Positions 20,209 through 29,113 of a stretch of 64,000 nt of DNA are shown piece after piece. The DNA is from an uncultured Croceitalea sp. GTDB lineage: Bacteria; Bacteroidota; Bacteroidia; Flavobacteriales; Flavobacteriaceae. Every line of letters starts with the position of its first letter. Position 1 is the first letter of the stretch. Both the position numbers and the translations under genes were made by a program. The DNA is taken from the NCBI GenBank assembly GCA_937926215.1, contig CALEYA010000025.1, positions 5,451 through 69,450 of the forward strand, given 5' to 3'. The notes under the pieces were generated by a model. It did not search any database, had not been told where the DNA came from, and was given only the letters and a program-made list of their open reading frames with translations.

Positions 20209-21618
20209 TTACTCGCTCTTAGTTTTTACTATTTGTGCCATAAGTTCGGCTTCCGAAACCAGTTTGCCATTGGCATAAGCGTACGCTTGCATATGGCAAA
20301 TACCCCTGCGTATCGGTGAAATCAAATCACATTTAAAAATCAATGTATCGCCTGGCACCACTTGTTGTTTAAACTTTACGTTATCTATTTTCATAAAAAA
20401 CGTAAGGTAGTTTTCTGGGTCTGGCACGGTACTAAGTACCAAAATACCGCCTGTTTGGGCCATGGCCTCGACTTGTAGAACCCCAGGCATTACCGGGGCT
20501 CCCGGAAAGTGACCTACAAAAAAAGGTTCGTTCATGGTCACGTTTTTGACCCCCACCACATGGGTTTCGGACAATTCCAAAATCTTATCGACCAACAAAA
20601 ATGGGGGCCTATGCGGAAGCATATCCATAATCTGGGTCACATCCATCAAGGGTGTTCCGTTCAAATCAAAAGAAGGCACTTTGTTCCGCCGTTCTATTTT
20701 AATGATCTTGGATAGTTTTTTAGCAAACTGGGTATTTACAAAATGCCCGGGTTTGTTGGCAATTACCTTTCCCCTAATTCGGGTACCGGCCAAGGCCAAA
20801 TCCCCAATGACATCCAATAATTTATGTCGTGCCGCTTCATTGGGCTGATGCAAGGTCAAATTATCCAATATACCGTTCGGTTTTACGGAAAGCTTCTTTT
20901 TATTGAATGCCTTTTCCAAGCGTTTCATGGTAGGTTCAGAAATCTCCTTATCCACGTACACAATGGCGTTGTTAAGGTCACCGCCCTTTATAAGACCGTG
21001 CTCCAACAACATTTCCAATTCGTGTAAAAAGCTAAAAGTCCTTGCGTTGGCAATCTCTTCCTTAAAATCCGACATGCGTTCCAAAGTCGCATTTTGGGTA
21101 CCCAGCACTTTGGTGCCAAAGTCCACCATAGTGGTTACTTGGTATTCGTCTGAAGGGATAACGGTAATCTCACTCCCGGTAGCTTCGTCCTTATAAGAAA
21201 TTACGTCCTTTACAATATATTCTTTGCGCTCTTGCTCTTGATCCACAATACCGGCCTTTTCAAGGGCTTCCACAAAATATTTGGAAGAACCGTCCATAAT
21301 TGGGGGTTCCGGGGCGTCCAACTCAATCAGTACATTATCGATATCCAAGCCTACCAAGGCCGCCAAAACGTGTTCCGAGGTTTGAATTTTGACCCCATTC
21401 TTTTCCAAATTGGTGCCACGTTGTGTATTGACCACGTAATTCGCGTCCGCTTCAATAATGGGTTCCCCCTCCAAATCTACCCTTTTAAAGGCAAAACCGT
21501 GATTCTCCGGCGCAGGGACAAAACTCATGGATACCTGCTCCCCTGTATGGAGTCCAACTCCATTTAGGGTCACTTTTTCCGCAATAGTACGTTGCTTATT
21601 TTCTGTTTTCACTGTCAA
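20209..21618 (-). CDS. lpxC-fabZ: Bifunctional LpxC-FabZ
   Basis: [21 protein letters not shown]; [23 protein letters not shown]; TTG start. Confidence 0.96.
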   Translation of the reverse strand: MTVKTENKQRTIAEKVTLNGVGLHTGEQVSMSFVPAPENHGFAFKRVDLEGEPIIEADANYVVNTQRGTNLEKNGVKIQTSEHVLAALVGLDIDNVLIELDAPEPPIMDGSSKYFVEALEKAGIVDQEQERKEYIVKDVISYKDEATGSEITVIPSDEYQVTTMVDFGTKVLGTQNATLERMSDFKEEIANARTFSFLHELEMLLEHGLIKGGDLNNAIVYVDKEISEPTMKRLEKAFNKKKLSVKPNGILDNLTLHQPNEAARHKLLDVIGDLALAGTRIRGKVIANKPGHFVNTQFAKKLSKIIKIERRNKVPSFDLNGTPLMDVTQIMDMLPHRPPFLLVDKILELSETHVVGVKNVTMNEPFFVGHFPGAPVMPGVLQVEAMAQTGGILVLSTVPDPENYLTFFMKIDNVKFKQQVVPGDTLIFKCDLISPIRRGICHMQAYAYANGKLVSEAELMAQIVKTKSE

Positions 21619-22630
21619 TTTTCTTTTCTATTTCAGAAATTCGGTTAACAATTTTAGGCAAGTTTTTAAAATGCACGTAAGACTTGTTATAGTCTCCGTA
21701 ATTTAATGCAGGGGATCCCTGTAGTACTTCATCGTCTTTTACATTTCTTCCAATACCAGATTGTGCTTGTATCCGCACGCGGTCGCCAATGGTTATATGG
21801 CCTACGATACCTACCTGCCCGCCGATCAAGCAGTTCTTTCCTATTTTGGTGGAACCGGCAATTCCCGTTTGCGCGGCAATAGCGGTATGTTCCCCAATTT
21901 CTACATTATGGGCAATCTGTATTTGGTTGTCCAGTTTTACCCCTTTCCTTAGAATGGTAGAGCCCAGGGTAGCACGGTCAATGGTGGTTCCCGCACCAAC
22001 ATCCACATTATCCTCTAAAATAACATTACCGGTTTGGGGTACTTTGGAATACTCCCCTTTTTCATTGGGTGTAAATCCAAAGCCGTCCGCGCCTATGATG
22101 GCTCCGCTATGGATGACACAACCATCCCCTATTATGGATTCTGAATATATTTTGGCACCCGCAAAAACGATGACGTTATTCGCAATAGTCACATTATCAC
22201 CAATATATACATTAGGATACACCTTGACCTCATCCCCGATAGTGACATTATCGCCTATATAGGAAAACGCCCCCAAATAAAAACCAGAACCGTAGTTGGC
22301 ATTTTGGGATACGTACGAGGGATTCTCAATCCCTACTTTGTTATTTTTAACCTGATTGTAATATTCCAACAGTTTTGAAAAGGACTTGTAGGCGTCCTCA
22401 ACCTTGATCAAGGTGGTGGAAATGGCCTGTTCCGGCTTAAAATCGCGATTAACTATCGTGATGGAAGCCTTGGTGGAATAGATGTAAGGTGTATACTTTG
22501 GATTGGCCAAAAAGGTCAATGACCCTTTTTCCCCTTCTTCTATTTTTGAGAGTTTGTGCACGGCCGTTTGGGGGTTTCCCTCAACTTCTCCCTCTAAAAT
22601 TCCTGCAATTTGGGTGGCCGTAAATTTCAA
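21596..22630 (-). CDS. lpxD: UDP-3-O-acyl-glucosamine N-acyltransferase
   Basis: [33 protein letters not shown]; TTG start. Confidence 0.95.
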   Translation of the reverse strand: MKFTATQIAGILEGEVEGNPQTAVHKLSKIEEGEKGSLTFLANPKYTPYIYSTKASITIVNRDFKPEQAISTTLIKVEDAYKSFSKLLEYYNQVKNNKVGIENPSYVSQNANYGSGFYLGAFSYIGDNVTIGDEVKVYPNVYIGDNVTIANNVIVFAGAKIYSESIIGDGCVIHSGAIIGADGFGFTPNEKGEYSKVPQTGNVILEDNVDVGAGTTIDRATLGSTILRKGVKLDNQIQIAHNVEIGEHTAIAAQTGIAGSTKIGKNCLIGGQVGIVGHITIGDRVRIQAQSGIGRNVKDDEVLQGSPALNYGDYNKSYVHFKNLPKIVNRISEIEKKIDSENRK

Positions 22631-22701
22631 ATGTTCTCTTGTTTGATGCTACGGGATGCTAAAATCACTAGAACTAAAGTGTCTCCCGAACAATATTTCG
22701 G

Positions 22702-22709
22702 CAAAAGTA
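22702..22709 (-). promoter_or_regulatory. Internal -7 box for the lpxD operon (TACTTTTG)
   Basis: TAnnTTTG in the HD-lpxD spacer. Confidence 0.55.
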
Positions 22710-22719
22710 AGAAAATTTG

Positions 22720-23946
22720 TTAAACGCCCTCCTTTGGATAGCAAACATAATACTTGGTCACTGTTTTGGACAAGGCCTTAAGATTAAGATGATCCGAGGC
22801 TTTGGCCACATCGGTCAATTTTCCGTTTTTGGTAAGGATATTGATATTCTCTTTGGTATGGTCATAGGCCCGGTTACGCAACTCACCGGTAAAAACAAAA
22901 TAATCCACATCCTCTTCCATCAACTTATAATCCACCTTTACCTGCTCCCGTTTTTCATTAATCTTTTGTGGGTCTATTGGCTTGTCCTTGATTTTTATAT
23001 GCAACAACTGCCTATTGATGAGCATCCCGCTAAGCTTGGCCAATATAAAGTCTGGATGGTCCTGCCAAGATTTTAAGGCGTATAGGACGTCAATATCATC
23101 AAGCTTGGAAAACTGGGCAAGCATGGTGCCATTACTTGGTACCGTTTCTTTTTGCTTGAGAAAGAAAAGAAGTTCTGCGGAACAGGGCACCGTTTTATCG
23201 TTCTTTACTAAAAACCTGGCGCGTTTCATCACCTTTAACAACAACTGTTCCGCCACCAAACTGGTTTTGTGGAGATACACTTGCCAATACATGAAACGAC
23301 GGGCCATCAAAAATTTCTCTACGGAATAAATGCCCTTCTCCTCGACTACCAAGCATCCATTGGCGACGTTAAGCATGGTAATCATACGCTCAGAACTGAT
23401 GTTGCCTTCGGCAACGCCGGTATAAAAACTGTCCCTTTTTAAATAATCCAGACGATCTACATCCAGCTGACTGGACACCAATTGATTGAGGAACCTTTTA
23501 GGATGTCGCCCCTTGAAAATCTGTATGGCATCTGTTAAAGCGCCATCAAATTCCTGATTGAGCTGTTCCATAAACTGTAGGGACAACGTCTCATGGCTTA
23601 CTTTGGGAACCAAAGCAAATTCCAAAGCATGGGAAAAGGGACCATGGCCAATATCATGCAACAAAATGGCCGCCAACAACCCTTTCTCTTCCGCTTTAGT
23701 GATTTCTACCTGTTTAAACCGAAGCACATCGATGGCTTTTCGCATCAAATGCATACAACCCAAAGCGTGGTGAAAACGGGTATGGTGCGCCCCAGGATAG
23801 ACCAAATACGAAAGGCCCATTTGCGAAATGCGGCGGAGCCTTTGAAAATAGGGATGCGCAATAAGATTAAAAATAAGTTCATTGGGAGTGCCAATAAAAC
23901 CATAAATTGGATCGTTGAATATCTTAAGCTTGTTGGTCTGTCCCAA
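22720..23946 (-). CDS. HD-domain phosphohydrolase (YdhJ/SAMHD1-like dNTPase family)
   Basis: FQRLRRISQMG, HTRFHH, LHDIGHGPFSH, DVDRLDYLKRD. Confidence 0.9.
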   Translation of the reverse strand: MGQTNKLKIFNDPIYGFIGTPNELIFNLIAHPYFQRLRRISQMGLSYLVYPGAHHTRFHHALGCMHLMRKAIDVLRFKQVEITKAEEKGLLAAILLHDIGHGPFSHALEFALVPKVSHETLSLQFMEQLNQEFDGALTDAIQIFKGRHPKRFLNQLVSSQLDVDRLDYLKRDSFYTGVAEGNISSERMITMLNVANGCLVVEEKGIYSVEKFLMARRFMYWQVYLHKTSLVAEQLLLKVMKRARFLVKNDKTVPCSAELLFFLKQKETVPSNGTMLAQFSKLDDIDVLYALKSWQDHPDFILAKLSGMLINRQLLHIKIKDKPIDPQKINEKREQVKVDYKLMEEDVDYFVFTGELRNRAYDHTKENINILTKNGKLTDVAKASDHLNLKALSKTVTKYYVCYPKEGV

Positions 23947-24077
23947 TGGTATTGCGTTTTAAACAGTGCCAAAGTTAGGGAATACCTTGAATACCGTTGA
24001 AGCCAATCGGTTTCATAGACATGGGGAAAAGGCAAAGTACAATTCCAACCGCTTTCATTTAAACGAGTTACAACTAT

Positions 24078-25622
24078 ATGAGCATGATTTCCATTCTTTG
24101 GGTCGATGATGAAATTGACCTTTTAAAGCCGCATATCCTTTTTTTAGAAAAGAAAAACTATAACGTGACCACCTGCCAAAGTGGGCAGGAAGCGATAGAC
24201 GAGATTGGCGAAAATCCGTTCGATATCGTCTTTTTGGATGAAAACATGCCCGGACTCTCCGGTTTGGAAACCCTGACCGAAATCAAAAAAATGGACAACA
24301 CCCTCCCTGTGGTCATGATCACCAAAAGTGAGGAGGAATATATTATGGACGAGGCCATAGGCAGCAAGATTGCCGATTATCTTATAAAACCGGTAAATCC
24401 CAACCAGATATTGCTGTCCCTTAAAAAAAGCTTGGATAATTCCCGTTTGGTGTCCGAACGTACCACGGCCAACTACCAGCAGGAATTCCGTAAGATTGCG
24501 ATGGACCTTTCTATGGTCAATTCCCATGAGGAATGGGCGGAACTCTATAAAAAATTGATCTATTGGGAATTGCAGTTGGAAGCTATTGAAGACTCTGGGA
24601 TGTTTGAAATTTTGGAATCGCAAAAAGCGGAAGCCAATACGCAGTTCAGCAAATTTGTGGATAAAAATTATGCCGATTGGTTTCAAGATGAAGACGGCCC
24701 TACCCTATCCCATCAATTGTTTCAAAAGAAAGTCGTTCCCGAGTTGGAGGACAACAAAACCCTGTTGGTGGTCATTGACAACCTGCGGTATGACCAATGG
24801 TTGGCCTTTGAGGATGTGGTCTCCAACTTCTATAAAAAGAAAACAGAGACGCCCTATTACAGCATACTCCCTACCGCGACCCAATATGCTAGGAACGCTA
24901 TTTTTTCTGGCCTTACCCCCTTGGAAATGGAAAAAAAGCATCCCAATTGGTGGAAAAACGATACCGATGAGGGGGGTAAAAATTTATTTGAAAAAGAGTT
25001 CCTGGGGGCACAATTACAAGGTTTGGGGTTGGATCTAAAATGGGATTACCATAAAATCAGCAGTTTACGACAAGGCCGACAGTTGATGCAGAACTTTAAA
25101 TCACATAAAGACAACGATCTTACGGTAATCGTTTACAATTTTGTGGATATGCTTTCCCATTCCAAAACGGAAATGGAAGTCATTAAGGAATTGGCAAGTA
25201 ACGATAAGGCCTACCGCTCCCTTACCTTGAGCTGGTTTAAAAATTCCCCTCTATTGGATATTGTACAACAAGCACAGCAGATGGGCATGAAGCTCATCAT
25301 TACTACTGATCATGGCACCATCAATGTAAAACAACCCTCTAAGGTCATTGGCGATCGCGACACCAGTTTAAACTTACGCTATAAAACAGGCCGCAGTTTG
25401 ACCTATGAGGATAAAGAAGTCTTAGCGGCCAAAAATCCGAAAAACATCCATCTACCAAGCATCAATGTCAGTAGCTCCTATATTTTTGCCAAAAACGATC
25501 TGTTCTTTGCCTATCCCAACAACTACAACCACTATGTAGGCTACTACCGAAATACCTACCAACACGGAGGTATTTCTCTCGAAGAAATGATTATTCCATT
25601 TGTGGTTTTGGAAGCCAAATAG
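24078..25622 (+). CDS. porX: Response regulator with PglZ/alkaline-phosphatase domain
   Basis: Canonical receiver (WVDDE, FLDENMP, YLIKP) plus IDNLRYDQW, PTATQYARN, TDHG, YQHGG. Confidence 0.92.
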   Translation: MSMISILWVDDEIDLLKPHILFLEKKNYNVTTCQSGQEAIDEIGENPFDIVFLDENMPGLSGLETLTEIKKMDNTLPVVMITKSEEEYIMDEAIGSKIADYLIKPVNPNQILLSLKKSLDNSRLVSERTTANYQQEFRKIAMDLSMVNSHEEWAELYKKLIYWELQLEAIEDSGMFEILESQKAEANTQFSKFVDKNYADWFQDEDGPTLSHQLFQKKVVPELEDNKTLLVVIDNLRYDQWLAFEDVVSNFYKKKTETPYYSILPTATQYARNAIFSGLTPLEMEKKHPNWWKNDTDEGGKNLFEKEFLGAQLQGLGLDLKWDYHKISSLRQGRQLMQNFKSHKDNDLTVIVYNFVDMLSHSKTEMEVIKELASNDKAYRSLTLSWFKNSPLLDIVQQAQQMGMKLIITTDHGTINVKQPSKVIGDRDTSLNLRYKTGRSLTYEDKEVLAAKNPKNIHLPSINVSSSYIFAKNDLFFAYPNNYNHYVGYYRNTYQHGGISLEEMIIPFVVLEAK

Positions 25623-25854
25623 AAAATTTTTATTATTTTTAACAGTCTTGTTTAACTTATTTTTCACGAACAATTGAACAATAAGTGATTAAAAATGAAC
25701 TATTTAACCGTTTTACGACTTTCGTAGCTATGGAATTACGACTACGAAAAACATAAATTATTGAGTCAGAAAAAATTGTATATCAGGCGGTTATGTTTGC
25801 TTTTTATTAAAGGAAAATAGTATATTCGCAGTGCTAGCCCAAATAAATAAAGTT

Positions 25855-26232
25855 ATGTTTAAAACAATTGATCGTTTACTAATCTTCATTAAACACTCCG
25901 GCATAAGTGCTAGACAGTTTGATATTTCCATAGGTGCCAGTAATGGATATACCTTACGGATGAAGAAAAACCATGCCTCTGTTGGAAGTGATATGATAGA
26001 AAGCATTGTACGCACCTATCCCCAGCTCAACTTGATTTGGTTGATTACCGGGGAAGGCGAAATGCTGAAACCTGGTCATGAGATATTGCACACCGGGAAA
26101 CTTCCTGCAAGTAAAGAAGCGGAAATCGAAATGATTATTGAGCAAAAGATTCGCAGACAACACGAAGCGCAGTTACAACAACTGCTTAAAGAGGTTACTG
26201 AAGAAATCGAAAAGCGAAAGTCGGAAGACTAA
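25855..26232 (+). CDS. XRE / phage-repressor-like HTH protein without S24 domain
   Basis: DRL..FI...ISARQFDISIGASNGY...WLITGEGEML; C-terminal coiled coil; start refined to MFKTIDRL. Confidence 0.75.
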   Translation: MFKTIDRLLIFIKHSGISARQFDISIGASNGYTLRMKKNHASVGSDMIESIVRTYPQLNLIWLITGEGEMLKPGHEILHTGKLPASKEAEIEMIIEQKIRRQHEAQLQQLLKEVTEEIEKRKSED

Positions 26233-26251
26233 GCGCGACAGTAGGAAAACC

Positions 26252-26292
26252 AAACGGGCCTTTGTAGTGTACAAAGGCCCGTTTCTTTTTTT
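26252..26292 (+). terminator. Terminator after the XRE gene
   Basis: 15-bp perfect stem AAACGGGCCTTTGTA/TACAAAGGCCCGTTT followed by a T run. Confidence 0.85.
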
Positions 26293-26300
26293 AGCTTGAC

Positions 26301-26436
26301 GTCCTGCCGAACTTGTTTCGGTATCACATCCACCATTTACAATCCAACCATATTACGCGTGAGACCCTGAAATGAATTCAGGGTGACGGTAAGCGATAAA
26401 CTGCCTTCCTCGTCATACCGAACTCGTTTCGGTATC
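26301..26436. repeat. Cluster of three REP-like imperfect palindromes (+, -, +)
   Basis: 26301-26325 GTCCTGCCGAACTTGTTTCGGTATC; 26361-26387 revcomp GTCACCCTGAATTCATTTCAGGGTCTC; 26412-26436 GTCATACCGAACTCGTTTCGGTATC. Confidence 0.75.
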
Positions 26437-27003
26437 CCAGTATATATATCATAAACAGCATCCATTAGGCATCCTTCCTTAACGCCTTTTCCAAACGTTC
26501 TTTTAACCCTTGTAAATCTTCCAATTTGCCTTTGGAAGTATTTGATTGGTAGTCCGCCAATTCTTGTTTAGCTTCTTCTAAATCCTGTAACTTTTGGTGG
26601 TGTCTCTTTTTTACCACTCTTTCAAGCTTGGAATAGCTCTTTTGGTAGATGGCTTTAAACAAGTAAACGTCCTTGGCGTTTTTAGAGAGCGCTAGAAGAA
26701 TGATAAGCACTATTCCTAGTAGCGGGAGGGCTTGGATGATTTCGTATACATCGATATCTTCGGAATTGGTAAACAAAATGGTGTGTAATTGATAAATAGT
26801 TATTAAAATAGGGCTTAGCAAAGCATATTTCCACCAGTTTTTTTCTAAAAGAAACCATGCGCTTAACACAATGATAAGAATGCTCTTCAGTGAAGATATC
26901 CAAAAAAAGTTGCCTACCGTACCAAATCCATTTGAGCTAATGGTAAAACTTCCAATTTCAATAAAATCAGAATTTGGAATAATATAGTGTGAAACAAAGA
27001 ATA

Positions 27004-27931
27004 GAAGTGGTTTAAACTTTTTCGTTTTTCATTTTCTTGAATTTTTTCAGAGCTATAACCATGAAAGCTAAATAGTTGAACCCTTTCCAACTCTCGGGGG
27101 TTGTGTCGAACCTGTTCAGCAGCGAACGATGGCTGTCCATCCATGCATTGGTCCTTTCCACGGCATATCTTTGGTCATATAGCTCTTGGTCGAAATATTC
27201 CTCCCTATCGATATCTCCGTTTCTTTTGTTGTAGCAAATGTTGGCATTGATCTGCTTTTCGTTGCAATAGCCCCTGAACTCTTTGGAATCAAACCCGGCG
27301 TCCGCATTTAGGAACAACCCTTTTACCGGTATATCCGCCTCTTCGAGTGTGGCCGTGACCAGCTCGAACTGCACCTCTATGTCGAAAAGGTCGTTGTGGT
27401 TGCCCGCCACTGGTTCCGACATGGCCAACGGTACCCCCTGCCTATCGGTCAAATAGAGTGAATTGGTGGTCCTGGCCTTTTTCCTTCCTTGGTAATCAAT
27501 GGCCGCCCCGCCACGTTTGGCAGGGGTATGGCTGCCGTCAAGGTCTACGCTGGAAAGGTCCAGATCGGACCTATGGGCGTTCAAGATCTTTATCCAACAG
27601 TCCTTCCATGTTCCCGAAAGGCACCATTTACGATAATGGTAATAGACCGACTGCCAACAGAGTATCTTGTCGGAGAACAATGCCTTGACCGGGAGAAGAC
27701 GCCAATGGACTCCGGCCTTGAGCTTGTAGAGTATGGCATTTACTATTTCCACCAAGGGAACCGTCGGTGCAAAACCACGACTAGCTCCCGGAAGATGGGC
27801 AACAATCGATTCTTCTATCATATCTTTGTCAAGAATAAAGTACATAAAGGGTTGTTTTGGTTTGACTTATGTTTCGCAACACAAATCTCTGCAACCCTTC
27901 CTTTCGATCCAAAAAAAGTTTAAACCACTTC
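27004..27931 (-). mobile_element. IS5-family insertion sequence, 928 bp (IS1031-like by end sequence and 3-bp duplication)
   Basis: Perfect 19-bp terminal IRs GAAGTGGTTTAAACTTTTT (27004-27022 and 27913-27931); direct ATA at 27001-27003 and 27932-27934. Confidence 0.92.
27012..27845 (-). CDS. IS5-family DDE transposase
   Basis: IVNAILYKLKAGVHWRLLP...VYYHYRKW; DLDGS, ADAGFD, RYAVERTNAW; stop codon lies inside the IR. Confidence 0.93.
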   Translation of the reverse strand: MYFILDKDMIEESIVAHLPGASRGFAPTVPLVEIVNAILYKLKAGVHWRLLPVKALFSDKILCWQSVYYHYRKWCLSGTWKDCWIKILNAHRSDLDLSSVDLDGSHTPAKRGGAAIDYQGRKKARTTNSLYLTDRQGVPLAMSEPVAGNHNDLFDIEVQFELVTATLEEADIPVKGLFLNADAGFDSKEFRGYCNEKQINANICYNKRNGDIDREEYFDQELYDQRYAVERTNAWMDSHRSLLNRFDTTPESWKGFNYLAFMVIALKKFKKMKNEKV

Positions 27932-28791
27932 ATAGTAAAGATAATAACAGAGATAACTCTAATAAAAAATTTAATTTCATGATAGATTGATGTTTGAAGC
28001 GATAAAAACTTGGCCAAACTAAAATCTTTAAACTAAATAATGTAAGGTAAAAAAGTATAGTCATCGATACAGAAACAAAACCCCAGATCTCAATAGAAAT
28101 AAAATTAAAACCAGCTATTATTCCTTTGAGAAAGTTATTGGTTAACATAAATGAAACTATTAAAACCATATGTTTTATTCTCTCACCTGTATTTAAATAA
28201 AACAATGTCAAGTAAATCAATGGTATTAGCAGAAACAGCAAAAACCATATATATCCCTGATCACTTAGAAATCCATGATCATATTCAAATCCAAAAACAT
28301 AAAATATGCTAACTGTTTCATCACTAAACAACATTGTAGGTTCTAATTTCAGAATATTGTTTGCATTCCTTTATGCCAACATGAATCAAAGCATAGCAGA
28401 AATGCTTTTATTTATCTTGAATCAAGCTCTATTTGCCAAAAATTCAAAATATTGAATTTCAGTATTTAACATATAATTGGGGAATGTTGTCTATTCAAAA
28501 GGTATCTTTAGCCCATTAAAATTTCGTAAGCTCCGATTAATCTTGTCTTCCCAGATTCAATATTCTTTACTGGCTTCTCTATTTTTAAACAAAGGTATTT
28601 CAATACCCAGATAAGGTAACATAAGCGGTATCCATTCATTATTGTATTAACGAATGTTTCAAATCGTACAGAGGATTATGTAAACTTATGCATGGAACTT
28701 GAAAATAGGCCGGCAAACAGGGATTTAAAACGATTAGGTGAAAATTATAAAACAAATAATAAATAAAATAGTAAACAATAAACATAAGGTA

Positions 28792-28986
28792 ATGAAAGAA
28801 GGAACAGTAAAATTTTTTAATAATGCCAAGGGTTTTGGTTTTATCAAACCCGTAGATTCAGATGAGGATGTCTTTGTTCACCAAAGCGGTCTTATCGATG
28901 AGATTCGTGAAAATGACACCGTTAAATTTACGATGGAAAAAGGTGAGAAAGGAATGAACGCGGTAAACGTTGAATTGGTCAAATAA
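28792..28986 (+). CDS. cspA: Cold-shock protein, 64 aa
   Basis: MKEGTVKFFNNAKGFGFI (RNP1), DVFVH (RNP2); start refined to ATG 28792. Confidence 0.93.
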   Translation: MKEGTVKFFNNAKGFGFIKPVDSDEDVFVHQSGLIDEIRENDTVKFTMEKGEKGMNAVNVELVK

Positions 28987-29006
28987 ATACCGCTTTTTTA
29001 TATAGT

Positions 29007-29035
29007 AAAATGCCATCCCAAAAGGATGGCATTTT
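29007..29035. terminator. Bidirectional terminator
   Basis: AAAATGCCATCC/GGATGGCATTTT between convergent genes. Confidence 0.85.
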
Positions 29036-29113
29036 GTATTAGGGCCATCGTTTCTTTAAGCAATACCCGACTTCGACTTTTCCAACGTTACGAAGTTCCG
29101 CTCATAAAACGGG

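Larger units (their letters stand above)
26465..28334 (-). pseudogene. Polytopic membrane protein gene (312 aa when reconstructed) disrupted by an IS5-family element
   Basis: Removing the IS and one ATA copy joins ORF 27930..28334 to ORF 26465..26869 in frame with no stops (...LSLL|FFVSHYIIPNSDFIEIGSFTISSNGFGTVGNFFWISSLKSILIIVLSAWF...). Confidence 0.85.

Noticed and set aside
20209-21618. LpxC-FabZ fusion
   Set aside because: Standard in Bacteroidota.
22631-22700. GATGCTA duplicated in the lpxD leader
   Set aside because: Only two copies and no consistent period or stable structure.
26252-26436. CRISPR array
   Set aside because: Units alternate in orientation, differ in sequence, number only three, and there are no cas genes.
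27489-27923. 144-aa plus-strand ORF inside the IS
   Set aside because: Antisense to the transposase with no recognisable motif.
28372-28650. AT-rich stretch with broken minus-strand reading frames
   Set aside because: Multiple stops and no recognisable homology; may be decayed coding DNA but unsupported.
25700-28700. Prophage suggested by the CI-like HTH gene
   Set aside because: No integrase, structural, replication or lysis genes and no att repeats.
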